Positions 11,699-24,366 of a stretch of 64,000 bases of DNA are shown here, one piece after another. Within the stretch, counting starts at the first letter, position 1; each line of letters begins with the position of its first letter. The notes beneath the pieces are model-generated. The model saw only the letters and a list, made by a program, of their open reading frames with translations, was not told the DNA's origin and searched no databases. The DNA comes from Podarcis bocagei (taxonomy: Eukaryota): the NCBI GenBank assembly GCA_964188305.1, contig OZ076895.1; one strand, written 5' to 3'. Both the position numbers and the translations under genes were made by a program.

Positions 11699-12048
11699 AA
11701 GGTAAAGGGACCCCTGACCATTAGGTCCAGTCATGGACAACTCTGGGGTTGTGGCGCTCATCTCGCTTTATTGGCCGAGGGAGCCGGCGTACAGCTTCCG
11801 GGTCATGTGGCCAGCATGCCTAAGCTACTTCTGGCGAACCAGAGCAGTGCACGGAAATGCCATTTGCCTTCCCACCGGAGTGGTACCTAGTTATCTACTT
11901 GCACTCTGATGTGCTTTTGAACTGCTAGGTTGGCAGGAGCAGGGACTGAGCAACGGGAGCTCATCCTGTCACGGGGATTCGAACTGCCAACCTTCTGATC
12001 GGCAAGCCCTAGGCTTTGTGGTTTAACCCATAGCGCCACCCGTATCCC
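11699..12048 (-). mobile_element. Sauria SINE (Squam1), full length, S1
   Basis: Minus strand GGGATACGGGTGGCGCTATGGGTTAAACCAC ... GGGGTCCCTTTACCTT; 15-bp TSD TTCAATGGAGGTATA (11684-11698, 12049-12063). Confidence 0.95.
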
Positions 12049-14608
12049 TTCAATGGAGGTATAGCAGGTTATAAAAACCTGTACAATCAAATGAGATCCA
12101 GTTTTCCTTATGATTCTTAAATGGGCAGCCACATCACTATGCATACTTGGCAACTGCTCTTTGTTTCATATACTACACTCGCTCAGACTTTTAACTGACA
12201 AATATATTTCTGTCTGGGTACAGTTTGTGATTAATTCCCATTAGGACACTGTTCTTGAATAATGCTTCTCCAAAGAACTATAAAGAATCTTAATATATTT
12301 GTGCTGTAGGGATTTTAAGCAAAGCGCTTGTTAAGATCTGCATTACTGCTATACATTTTGCAATGCAAATGGAAATGATCTGTGACAGTATTTCAGAAGC
12401 AGAACCCTGTGGCTCAGCAGTTGTATGTTGTCAAGAACTTTGCCTTTGGCTCTTTGGGCTTAGAAATCAATTGGCTCCTTCAAGCTTTATACCACTAATG
12501 TCAGTTTTTAAGCTCTTGCTGAACTCAACAAGCTGAAGACTTCAGAAAGAAAAAGAGAATGAGATCATGAAAAATTGCCTTGTTCTTGACACAAAAGACA
12601 AATACACTGTTAAATGGAAGCTTTACAGCTGCGAACCTTAAAAGAAAGGGGTGGAAACCACCTTTTTATGATAGCTTTGCTTTCTTAAATTTATTTGGGA
12701 GTCATAGTCTAACCCCTTCAGTTTGTATTCAAGCCTGGAGTGATTTAGAAAATCAAGAGAGGAAAGAATTCAGTGCAGCTTCATCTGCGATGAACAGAAG
12801 AATCATGTTCTTCCCTGTACACCAAACAAGTGTGACAAATTATTAGCAAACAGACTATTAGGTATGCTGTGGCTTTTTGGTTCAAAAGTCCCCAAAGTGG
12901 TGAACAGTGTATTAATACAATAAAATATATTGTTGTGAGTCCTGGGGTAGCAGGGAGCTGTAGGGGAAGGTCTCTACCGAGATCAGGAGAACAGACTAGT
13001 GGGGAAAATTTTCTTCATTTTGTCCCGTCTCCCCATCATGCCCCACAACATGAGGCACAGGCTCTGCTTCCATCTCTTTAGTTTAATCTGGAATTTTATT
13101 GTACTGGATGCTATGGGTTGTTTTTTTAAAAAGTTAACGTTTTATTTTAGTTTTTTTACTATATTGTAAACTGGAGTGGAAATCTTGAAATATTGAATGT
13201 GCATCTGAAAGATGTCAAGGCCACTGACTAGTAAAATAAAGTTGATGACCGACTACTATATAGCAGTAAACCTATTCTGAGGGGCGCCCGGCGCCCGCTG
13301 CTGAAGCCGCCTAAGCTCTTAACTATCTACCTGCACCCTGGCGGCACATATGTAAAAGACTACACTGAGTAAACCCATAACAATAAACTGCTTAAAAAGT
13401 AACACAATACAACAGTAAAATTGTTCAGAAGCCAGAGACAATTATAAACCATTCAGTTAGATAGCAATTTGCAGCCTAAATGCCTTTCTGAAAAGGAAGG
13501 TTTCTACCAGCTTGCCCCTTAAATAGCCTCTCTGAATTGCTTCTTATTGTCTTCCCCTGAAGAGGGAGTCGGCTTTAATTACTGATTTCTTCCCCCCCCC
13601 CCAAAAGTCTTTTCATTTTTATGTAGCAAAACAAAATAATTTAAACTCTTCCCCAGGGAAACAAAAGCTGACAATAACAGAGTTAAGCATCCTGGTTTCT
13701 GCTCAAAACATAGACAGAGGTTCCTACTTGTAAGCAAGAAAGACGTCTTTATCCAGGCAACTAACGGTACAGGCTGGGCAGCAGACACAGTGCTCAGGAG
13801 TCATAATATAGGAGTTATGGAGCAGTGCACGAAGTTCAGAACTCAACAGATGCAATGAAGATGTCCCAACAAGTTTCCTACCCACCCACCAGCTTTTAAA
13901 GACAAGGCAGGGCATAGTCATTTGCAAGACTGTCTTGTGAATACTGGGATTGCAAGTGCACCATCCTTTGGAATCGGTCTACTCCCATCTGAGAAGCCAA
14001 TACCTGGTTTTAGGCTGTACCCTCCTGTTCCAGTGTTTGTTCAGTCATAGCTGTCTCCTGTTCCGTTTCCACAGAGGTGCTCTGTTCCACAGGAAGGTCA
14101 GAAGTGGAGAGCCAGCATCCCTGAGATCCCCTTTCCAAAGTGGCCAAAGCTGGGGTGGAAAGGCGAGATCCCCCTTCACCATTCACCCTCCTCTCATCTT
14201 CCTTCTCCTGTGTCAGAGCCTGCCAACCCAAGTCCAAACCTGATAGTACCGCAGCACTTGTGACATTCAGAGAAGCTATACGCAGGGTAATTTAGGAGCA
14301 ATGTACCATGAATCTTCAACATTAGAGAAACAGGCTAAAGCTACAAGAAGTGTTTGATTAATATTGGAAAGGACAACAGATTCCCAGGTTAACATTATGG
14401 AAGATTCTTGGCCATGGACAAGAAGACTGCTAGATAACGTAGTGCTATATTGAGTGGAAAAACGATTCTATTTTCCAGTTTACAGAAAAGCAATATCTCA
14501 GTAATACTAAAGGCCTTTAGTGTGAAAACAACCAAAGTCTACAATGGCATCATCTTCATCACAACTGAATTCCATCATCATTAATTGTTTGCTTGTTTTA
14601 AAAATATA

Positions 14609-14952
14609 CCGTATTTTTGCATGTATCGGACAAGGTTTTTTGACACAAAAATCATGTCAAAAAACTGGGGTCGCCCAATACACAGATAGTGGCATGGGGG
14701 GAGATGCCACTGCGTGTGGGGAGCGATCTGGGAGCGTGCGGGAAGCGATCTGGCTGGCGGTGCGCAGCTTCCCCACACATGCTGCCCTAGATTGTGCATG
14801 GGAAACAATCTAGGGCGTGTTTCCTGCCCGCAGCTGCATGGGGGGAGAGGCTCAACAACTTTGGGCCATTTCCTCTCATTTTCTTAAAATTGAGTCCCCC
14901 AAAATAGGGAGGAGTCTTATATATGGGGCGTCTAATAGACGGAAAAGTATGG
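14609..14952. mobile_element. Tc1/mariner MITE with CCGTA-type TIR (Tc2/pogo-like)
   Basis: TA-CCGTATTTTTGCATGTATCGGAC ... GTCTAATAGACGGAAAAGTATGG-TA. Confidence 0.75.
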
Positions 14953-15024
14953 TAGTTTAGTGTTTCTTGGAAACTGCTTTAGAAGGATTTGTAACCTCGA
15001 AGGTTGGATATAAATAGCTGTAAT

Positions 15025-15072
15025 TAGGTAGGTAGATAGATAGATAGATAGATAGATAGATGATAGATAGAT
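15025..15072. repeat. (TAGG)(TAGA)n tetranucleotide microsatellite
   Basis: Direct reading. Confidence 0.93.
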
Positions 15073-15125
15073 GCATTGCAGGGAGTTGGACTAGATACAG
15101 TGTCATTTCCAACTCTTAAGATTCT
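15072..15125 (+). mobile_element. 3' fragment of a SINE with CR1-type tail (Squam2-like)
   Basis: TGCATTGCAGGGAGTTGGACTAGAT...TTCCAACTCTTAAGATTCTA; matches 22294-22410 in opposite orientation. Confidence 0.55.
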
Positions 15126-15204
15126 AAAAAATGTCTTATTGCACTAACTTTCTATATAAGATCAGTGTATCTGTTCTATTGCTTTACTGGAGTGCTCAAT
15201 AAGT

Positions 15205-15298
15205 CAATACGCTGACCTTCAGATATTGTTCAACTACAAGTTCCATCAGCTGTCCATCACCTGGCCAGTGGGCCAGAGATTATGGGAGTTGTAATCCA
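15205..15298. mobile_element. Degenerate short hAT MITE fragment
   Basis: Inverted pair ACTACAAGTTCCATCA / TTATGGGAGTTGTAAT; related to 45486-45629. Confidence 0.45.
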
Positions 15299-17619
15299 TA
15301 GGGGGGCAATTTAGGGGTGGGGGCATCACCTACTAATACAAAGGCTGAATACATAGTCTGAACAAGATTATGTTTTTTGGTGATTGTAACATTTGCTGCT
15401 GTAAACTGTTTAAATGATGCAAGTAGTAAACAGTTTAAAAACTGAGAATCACTTGCAAAACATAAAAAATGCTGCTTTTATTTAAAAATCTTGTCTATGT
15501 CAGTTTGCCTTCCTAGCACAGTCCCTCATGTCTAAGAATTGTCACACAGCACAATGAAAATTTAAATACAGTCATGAATAACCTTGAAAGACATTACTAT
15601 TTTCAACGCACAGTATCTCTGCTGCATGCTTGCGCCTTTTTCTGCTCAGCAGTGTACCTTCATAAGAGTTCTACATGCAGTTATGTACTTGTCCATCCCC
15701 ACCCCCACAAGATTAGTCACAAAACAATGACGTAAAATACTGATTCAAGATATGCCATGAGAACAGATGAAAAGTTAAGCCACCACGTTGGATGTTTCCC
15801 ACTGTCCGTGCCCACTGGGGTGGAGAGACACCATGCAACACTTATTCTCTTCTCTCTGACAATACACTGCCCGTAACTTAATCCCATGGAAGGAAATGGG
15901 GATGTACTGCAATTCCCTGAAACATACAGTATGAGCAAATCTGAAGAGCATCACAACCATCCTGCAAAGTAATGGGAAACACAGAGTGCAAGATGCTTGC
16001 AGACAATTTTAGCCGGGCTTTTCTACCATGCCTGTTGACTGTTCTGAGAAACAATTGAGAAAATATATACATCTACCAGAGCCGTTCCACCCACAAAGTG
16101 GGGTGAAGCAGTAGCGTCAGGGTGGCAGGCTTGGAGCAGCTGGGAGGAGACAGCAGAAATCACCCCCAACTGCTGGCACTGTGCACCTGCCTGTCTCCTC
16201 TGCTGCGTGCTTGCGTGCCTGCCACTGCCAGCAAAACATCCTGGACTGGCCCTGACATACACCATAAAAACGAGTGGTGTGCCTCTAACTTTAAACAACA
16301 AAAGGCAGACACCGTAAGTTTGGAAAACACTGCTGTGATGCTTTAGAAGACAGCTACAAGTGTCACAGCCTGAAGAGAAGATGGGGATTAATATTCCAAT
16401 ATGGAATGTTGAGTCAGAAAATGTTCTGGTACAATCCCGCCCCCCCCCCCCCCGAATGACCATTTTTGAAACCCTGCCCCTGCTGCTACCCCATGAATCT
16501 GCTTAAGTAAAATATACCCTAAGGCTGCAATCTTATACAAACTTACTTTGGAGTAATTCCCATTGCGTAGACATGCATATGATTGCATTGTAAGTTCCAT
16601 ATGTGGGAATTCAATCTTTTAGTATGGCAGCACCCACACTCTGTAACTCCCTCCCTTTTAAGAACAGGAAGGCATCTTCACTGGGCTTCTTTCAAGTGCC
16701 TGCTAAAAAATTTTGATTGGCAAGCCCACCCAGAAATGTAATTTTATTATGCATTCTTGTTTTTCAATCCTACTGATTTTATTCATATTTTCAATATTAT
16801 TATTATTCTACTTGTTTTTAAATTTTGTTGACTTTATCCACTGGTTTAGAGACATATTTTACATCATCAGAGACTTTTGAACAAAGGCCTGTACATTTTG
16901 ATTAAACAAATACATAAATAAAATGTCGACTAATTCATTTAAAAGGCATAAATACAGTTTAATCTACTGACATGCTAAATAAAAAATGTGAGAGAGATTA
17001 AGTAGCTTAATTTCATTACATTTTAAAACCTAACATTAGTTTAGTGAACTTTTGCTTTCCAAATGCCTGAACAATCACAACAGGTTGTGATTGTGCTGTG
17101 ACCTGAAGTTGGAATGAAAGTTATTTTTCATCTCAGTTATTTCCTGCCATCCTGCCATTCTTTTTATTGTACTTCATCTTTGCTCTCCACTCAGGAGTCA
17201 TTTCTCAGTTAGATATGACCTAACCTTTTATTGGTGCACTTCATTCAATCCTTTATTGTTTGTCTAGAAAATAAATGGAACAAAGAATTCCATTAATTTT
17301 TTTGTAACAGGCCAGTGCATCTATGCAAACTATAGTTTTCAGAAAATAAGGTCATGCTAGACACAACAGTGTGAGTGTGAGTGTGAGTGTGAGTGTGTGT
17401 GCACTTGGTTTTTATTGGTTTTTACAATATAGCAAAAACCAGTGAAAGCAAAGTGTTTATTGCAGGGATTTAAAGGGATAAAGTCTCAGACAGTCAGTCA
17501 CACTTTCCAATCACTTGATGATAGCAAGAACTAAAGGAGAATATAAACGGCTTAGAAGCCATCTTTGGCAAGTAAGTAGTATATAAATTAGAAATAAATA
17601 AATAGTCAATTTAGCAGAA

Positions 17620-17712
17620 GGTTGGATCCAAAATTTCCCTTCTATTAGAGGAAGACTCCTTCTGTCAGTGGACAACTGCTTCCTTCAGACGAAGAACATT
17701 TGGACCTAACCC
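17620..17712. mobile_element. Small palindromic MITE-like remnant
   Basis: Ends GGTTGGATCCAAA / TTTGGACCTAACC are imperfect inverted repeats. Confidence 0.4.
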
Positions 17713-19194
17713 AGATTGATTTTGAAACATGAAATGCAGCAACCATTTTTTTCCTATCCAATAGTAAATGGAAGAGTAAATTCAGACCCTGCAAGATTCC
17801 TGAAGTGAGCTGTCAGAATGTGAATGTTTAGAATTCAGAAGAAACGCCATTTTGCCAAATTGTTTCTCAAACCTAACTAACAAACAGTCTATTTTGAGAG
17901 CCTATGCATATGACATGATATTTATTAGACGTTCAATCAACAAATATTGAATGTGTCCATTTCTTACGACTTTAAGGACCAATTTATATCCCTGCTCACA
18001 TCTCTCTATATTGAAGCATAGAGTCAGTTTCACATATGTCTTCCTGTTCTGTCCACCCACAGTGGAAGTTGCAGGAATCATATGAATATCAGATTCAATT
18101 CACCGAATGCTGGTCATATAGCCAAACTGACACCATGCAAATACGAGAGAGGTCAACAAGCTTGAGGTGACACCAAAGTTTGCACAGGTACAAAAATATT
18201 TTTTTTGGGGGGGGGGAATCTATGGATGACACTCCTTACCCCAAAAAATGCAGCTCAATGTTTATAGTCAGTGATTACAGAATACTGGCTGACTGATGTA
18301 AGGGTGCAGGGAGGTGTGAAATTGGGTGAAATGTGGCAATAAGATGACATATCTTGGAGGAAAGCATGATTAGATGCAAGGATGGAGGAATAATCTGACC
18401 TAATCAGATTCCAAAGTAGACTCACTGATCCAATTTGTGCGGATCATGACCTGCATCCGGACAGTGGTCCACTTCAGAATCTGAAGTCTGACAGAATCCA
18501 TTCATCCCCTTCCCCTTTTTCCACTTTAAAACGTTTGAAAACAGTATCCCAGTCCCATTGCTACAGGAGGAACTGGATGGAAAAAACAAGGTAGCTGCTC
18601 AGCAGCTGAGAGCAGGTGGACATTATATTTTCAGATAATTACAGAAAAAAGGGAATGGAGGCAGCGTGCCCTCCTCAGACCTCCTAAGTACTCAATTGTT
18701 TTTTTGTTTTGTTTTTGCTGTGCTTTAAATGTTTCCTAGTGGATTTTTAAGGGTTTTTTAAATTAAAAATCTGCCTGGCAACAGGATAGGAGAGTCTTAG
18801 TTTCATCCCCCTCTGAGAACTGGAACTGACCAGACTTTAATTGGTCCATCCATCCCAAGCCGTATGGCTACCACCCTGATCAGGAGTATCACACACTACA
18901 GCACTCTGTTGTAGGTCCTACTTCTGTTGCCTATTCTGTGTTTTCCTCACTTGCAATCTGTTGTCACCAAGCCCTCTTGCAGTCATTTTGAAAATGGCTT
19001 TTGTAAAAAGGATGTCTGCAATGCAGCACCATCTAAGGCATGCTTGAAGTTCCACAAGCAAAGAGTCTTCTCTTTTACAGCTGAGGAAAGCTTCACTTGT
19101 GCAATGGGAAAATATCTATGCTCAAACCAAGGTACATTATCCTTGTGTGAAAAGTCAATAGATTTAACTGCTACAAAATCTACAACATGCTGTA

Positions 19195-19425
19195 CAGTGG
19201 TACCTCGGGTTACATACGCTTCAGGTTACAGACGCTTCAGGTTACAGACTCAGCTAACCCAGAAATAGTACCTTGGGTTAAGAACTTTGCTTCAGGAGGA
19301 GAACAGAAATCGCATGGCAGCAGCGGGAGGCCCCATTAGCTAAAGTGGTACCTCAGGTTAAGAACAGTTTCAGCTTAAGAACGGACCTCCAGAAAGAATT
19401 AAGTTCTTAACCCAAGGTTCCAATG
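19195..19425. mobile_element. Tc1/mariner MITE family B copy B4
   Basis: TA-flanked; CAGTGGTACCTCGGGTTA ... TAACCCAAGGTTCCAATG. Confidence 0.9.
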
Positions 19426-20754
19426 TAGTTATCTTAAGCAGACACATACAGGATGGCATAGTCATTTTGGAAGGGATTCAACACCAAGGACTTTATCCAA
19501 CAAAGTTATCCCTTTTGTGCAAAGACATCTGTTTGGACAATGGAATTGCTCCTCCTATTTCCCCTGCATGTGCCCCCAGATCTGTTATGGATTTTCCTCC
19601 AAACCTCTGGAGAAAATTTGGTGGGGCACAGAGAGCACACATGGGCAGGAGAGGGAGACAATATTTAATTATGTAAATGGAACTCCTGACATGAAGGGGA
19701 TGGTGTTGTTGGATAAAAGCCCAATATTTCAACTCTGACATATTTCATTGTGCAGGCAGAAATTCTCTTGTCACAAATTGGCTCACAGGGGTAGTAAATA
19801 TTTTGAGTTCTTCTCAGGGAGAACAAATAAATAAAATATGTGAAAAATGATTAGCTTTCAAGAGAGATGTAACTCGTTATTATGTTCCATGGGTGACCTT
19901 TATTACTCTTAAGCAAATATGAAATTTAATCTCAGCATGCTATTATTATGAGGAAACTAGCAGCCAAATTCTTTCTTAAAGCTGAAACAAAATTCATGTT
20001 TACTATTTGTAGTTGTTGGAACGTCAGTTCTGCATGTCAAAGACTTATGCAAAGCCATATGGATGAACAGTGCTCATGAGAAATTAGCTAGAAACGTCAT
20101 GTCACTGCAGCCAAATTTAGATGGAATTCTGAGCTCAAATTTGTCCAATCTAGGCATGACATTCCTAGACGGTTATGCAGCAGCTCTATTCATCATCTGC
20201 CAGGAATGCTTTGTAGTTTTAGGACAGAGATTCTCATGAAAGAGATAACAAAAAGTTCGGAACAAAAATGCACAAAAGCTCAGACCACAGTTAATATAGT
20301 TATTTCTTGTGACACGTTTCTCTTCCTGTGCCATTCTAATATATTTTTCAAAAAAATTAACTCACCTTCCAAATTATCTACAGGGTCTGGGTCAGAAACA
20401 GACAATTTCTTGCTGTCTGTTGACTCAGAATGACAGTTCACTAACACTTGTGGAGTAACAATACAGCAAAAAGAGAAAGGGGGGGGGACAGCAGAACTGA
20501 TTCATTTGTGAAGCCCCATATTCACAGGGGGTTCATTATTCACTCTGAACAAGTTCAACATATATAGAGGGAAAAATCTTTGAACCATAACATGGATTCA
20601 AATAACATGGTCTTGGGTCTACAGCAGGCTAGCTTCTCAAGAATGTCTTTTTTGGAAAAAAAAAAAAGGCTCTTTAGAAAGCACACCGTCATCTTAAGTT
20701 GGAGCCTCCACTGTGCACTTCAGATGGTCTCTCACAGGATGACAAACATAGCAG

Positions 20755-20906
20755 AAGAATAGCAAGAGCCCTGCGGGATCAAGCCAAATGTTCAACTGAA
20801 TGCATTCTGTTCTCACAGTGGATAACCATATGTCTATGGGATGCCCACAAGCAGGACATGAGTTCATCAATGCCCTCCCACTCATGATACCCAGCAACTA
20901 GTAATT
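20755..20906 (-). mobile_element. CR1/L3-type LINE 3' end remnant
   Basis: AAGAGCCCTGCGGGATCAAGCCAAATG...CATTCTGTTCTCACAGTGG; similar to 24235-24312 and to the reverse complement of 36830-36938. Confidence 0.5.
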
Positions 20907-21415
20907 CAGAGGAGTAGCAGACATTGTAATGGAGTGACAATGCTCTCATGACTTCCCAAACACTGAGCCACCACTTACCAGGAGACACAGGCGAGGTTGG
21001 CATGGAGTCAATGCACCAGCAGGAGCCAATCCAGTGCTCCTGAAAATCCAGTTACACTGCAGAAACCTCCCACTGCAGAAGCAACTTGGCTGGTGGGAGC
21101 TGAGCATCACTGCCCACCATGCTATCCACTTAGCGGTAGAGGAAGCCACTCGGGTGCCCAGGGCGGGCGAGCCGCCCACAGGGGCAGGGCGCACCACGGG
21201 GCCTCCGGAGTCTGCCTGCCTCCTCCCACTCAGCTGCCCTACAACTGGGGGGTGGGGAGGCAGCGGGCAGACCGTTTGGGCAGCGTGGAGCTTGGGCGCT
21301 TGGCTCGGGCGCACTGCAGGCCCTGCAGTGAGTGCCACCCAGCATTTTGCTACCCACCCTCAGTGGTGACACCTGGGGAGAATCACACCCACCACATCCC
21401 CTTCCTCCGTCCCTG
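20907..21415. mobile_element. GC-rich non-autonomous hAT-like element (same family as 22676-22847)
   Basis: The reverse complement of the right end, CAGGGACGGAGGAAGGGGATGTGGTGGGTGTG...GTGTCACCACTGAGGG, aligns with the left end of 22676-22847. Left boundary and TSD are uncertain. Confidence 0.5.
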
Positions 21416-21451
21416 TATCCACTAATACTCTGAGGTATACTGTGTCACCAT

Positions 21452-21587
21452 CAAGGCTTTTTTTCAGTAGGAACTCACTAGAACTCAGTTCCGGCGCCTC
21501 TCAGGTGGGCACCATTGCCATTATAAGAGAATGGGGGAGGTGTTCGTGGTGAGTTTCGGTGCCTCTTTTTCTAGAAAAATAGCACTG
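21452..21587. mobile_element. 136-bp hAT MITE
   Basis: Perfect 8-bp TSD GTCACCAT (21444-21451, 21588-21595); TIRs CAAGGCTTTTTTTC / GAAAAATAGCACTG. Confidence 0.85.
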
Positions 21588-22293
21588 GTCACCATAATTA
21601 CTAAAACTTTTTTTGCAGCATGACTGCAGTTCTATGCACTGTTACCTGAGGTAAGTTCCACAATTGCAGAAGTTAAACTTGCAAACACACTGAGCTGTAA
21701 CAAAAGATCTTCAGCCAGCTCAAATGTAACCTTAAGCTTTTAATTAGATTGCAAACAACCTTACAAACATTACAAATTGCTTGGACTGAAGCAGAAATTC
21801 CATAAAAGAAAAAGACCTGAAAACCTTGTTATAATTTCATTCACTTTCCAGAGTAAATCTCTGGACTCCTGCTCAGCCCACAACAAAGGTTCTGACCCAA
21901 GAGTAAGAAAGAAATCTATACTGAGTTAGAGTAGAGGCTATGGGCTCAGCAACAGGTTGTGAGTCTCAGCAGCCTTTAGGTCCAGGCTAGCTGACAGGAG
22001 AGGCTGGAACCGGTGGTTCAAATCCCAATGGGCTGGCATGCCTACCCAACAAGAGTTTAATAATAATATTAATTAATTAATTAATTAATTAATTAATAAC
22101 AATTAACAATTAATAATGAATAATCTATCTATCTAGCTAACCAGGTTGCTCCAGCCACCTGGGCAGCTTGCAGCAAATTAAAACATCAAACATTCAAAAT
22201 TTCCCCATACAGAGATGGAGCCACATGAACTTTCTCATAAGATTATTGTGCCTTGAGGTGTGCAGATGCTCATTGCATCAGGGACCAAAGGAC

Positions 22294-22410
22294 CATAGAA
22301 TTGTGACACTGGAAGGGACCCTGAGAATCATCCAGTCCAATGCCCTGCAGTGCAGGAATCTTTTGCTCACAGCCCTGAGGTTAAGAGCCACATGCTTACT
22401 GACTGAGCCA
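22294..22410 (-). mobile_element. tRNA-derived SINE with CR1-type tail (Squam2-like), internally deleted
   Basis: Minus strand GGCTCAGTCAGTAAGCATGTGGCTCTTAACCTCAGGG ... TTGGACTGGATGATTCTCAGGGTCCCTTCCAG...AATTCTATG. Confidence 0.6.
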
Positions 22411-22675
22411 ACCCCAATGAGATCCCAACAGCAAGAGTGCATCACGTCCTGTGCAACCACGCAGCAGCCTCTCATTCTGACTTTGTTTTTTCCACCCCTC
22501 GTGGTTGGATTCCAGTCCTATGCTCCTGGGAGGGGAGAAGGGAGGGGAGAGACGTATCATGGCGGAAGAGAATGCCCACCTCCTCCAGTCTCTGTTTCGC
22601 TCTCTCAGCTCTCCCTGTGATATCCTCCTGTTCCATCCAACCATCCGTTTAAGTCTGCCACTCCATGCCTGAGCC

Positions 22676-22847
22676 CACTGGCAAAGGAATGGGGTGCTGC
22701 GGGTGTGGTCCACCCCGAGTGTCATCCCTGAGGGGGGTGGCATCGCCGTGCCGCCCCCCTGGGACGCTTACTCTGCCCCCGCGGCAGCTAGCCCCACCCC
22801 CGGGCACACACCAGCTTTGGGTGCCAGAGCAGCTACCTCCACCTCTG
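22676..22847. mobile_element. 172-bp GC-rich hAT-like MITE
   Basis: 8-bp TSD CCTGAGCC (22668-22675, 22848-22855); degenerate CA..GG TIRs. Confidence 0.7.
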
Positions 22848-23114
22848 CCTGAGCCCAGCTATACTTCAAGACTTAGGATGGCAAGGAGTGCCCATCAGTT
22901 TCCTTGGATGGAGTTCCAGCAGATGATCACTTCTACGCTCTCTGGACACAGTAGGAAATCTTCTTAATTTAAAATCATAGGTGTCAATCTGCTCCTTTCA
23001 GCCACAGCTATCTGAGAGCACAATAGGCCACAACAGGCAACATGCGAGCTTCAGATTTGTTTCCATAATGCTAAACTATGGTTTAGTAGTAAGTGAAACT
23101 GGCCACCGTTTTAC

Positions 23115-23132
23115 CTGACGATGGAAACAGAC
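23115..23132 (-). other. Candidate 18-nt microexon
   Basis: Minus strand ...ggctgatgcctcttctcatgtttgcatcgctcag|GTCTGTTTCCATCGTCAG|gtaaaa; splice signals only, no homology evidence. Confidence 0.2.
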
Positions 23133-23378
23133 CTGAGCGATGCAAACATGAGAAGAGGCATCAGCCATTTAAATGTGTTCTCTTTCTACCTGGCCTTGGT
23201 GTCACCTGAAAACTGCATAGCACCTAACAGAGCTTCACTAGAATGTCTGCTACCCCATTCCAAAATCATCCCAAGACTCTTACCAAATGCAGACTCTTAT
23301 AGCTTCACCGCTAGCCTTGAGTTTTGAGAACTCCTATTTTAGTTTGCCCAGTTAAGATATTGCTCTAATACAGAGGGG

Positions 23379-23454
23379 AAAAAAATTCCTTCCAGTAGCA
23401 CCTTAGAGACCAACAAAGTTTGTTATTGGTATGAGCTTTCGTGTGCATGCACAC
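23379..23454 (-). mobile_element. Second PLE terminal-repeat fragment, truncated within the hammerhead
   Basis: AAAAATTCCTTCCAGTAGCACCTTAGAGACCAAC...GGTATGAGCTTTCGTGTGCATGCACAC, near-identical to 7241-7316. Confidence 0.85.
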
Positions 23455-24366
23455 CGTGAAACCACCCCTTTTAGATCAGAGAGAGATATTAAAGCAGCCA
23501 GATCCAGTCTTACTCCTTCAGAAAAGAAATGCTATAATAAAATATGCAATACTTTTCAACAGATTGTTTTTTAAAAAAAATCAAGTAAAAACACCTTACT
23601 ACTGCGAATTGTGTATCATAAAAACAAGAACTTTTTAAAAAAAGTATTCTCCCCTCTGTACAGCTACATTTCTTATTCTGACAATTCCCCCCCCCAAAAA
23701 AAAGTATCAAGCAAGTGAGGGAAGAATGAAGGTTAGTTTCACAAACCTCTACCGTGATCATTTTATTTCACAGGAGAATTGATTCTATGTGAAACCATTT
23801 ATGCTCCACTGAATTTTCCTTTCCCTTTTTTATTTTTGGACATAATGGAACTTTTTGCATTAATAGCTTGCCATTCTTTCCTGATTTCCGAAATAGAGTG
23901 GCACATTCTTTACGGCAGAAACCTGCTCTTTCCTGAAGTATATGCTGCTCTCTGAGAGAAGGAAACCAATGCCAAAACAGACATTCCTTTAAATAGGTCA
24001 CTTGACATTAACGGCCTTATGGCATTGCTCTTTTATATAACATCAAGTGTAATACTCTGCCAATCCAATGAAAAGCCCCGTCCTTGGTATTTCAGCTCTG
24101 CCACTTGCCTGTGCTACTGATTTTGCTTCCATTTCCTCTTATTCACTGTCCATGTAAGACCAGTGCAGTACATGAAACTTGTTTCTGCTTCTGTTTTTTT
24201 CAGGAAATATGGCTCCAGTTTGTCAAGTAATAACAAGACCTAAGAAAAGTCCTTGTAGATCAGAAATGGGCTTCATGTAGTCCAGCATCCTATTTCTAAT
24301 AGTGGTCAGCCATTACTCATAATAGGGCTTGAAAGAAACAACTCTGCCCTGCTGTACTCCTAGAGT

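Noticed and set aside
11699-12048. tRNA genes at the SINE heads
   Set aside because: The A/B boxes belong to tRNA-derived SINEs; there is no complete cloverleaf.
13724-14243. Possible coding exon(s) from ORFs 13724-13927, 13950-14243 and 14010-14237
   Set aside because: No recognisable domain, stops between the ORFs and no convincing splice pair.
18378-18858. Possible old hAT element with GGATGG ends
   Set aside because: TIR similarity is too weak and there is no TSD to support boundaries.
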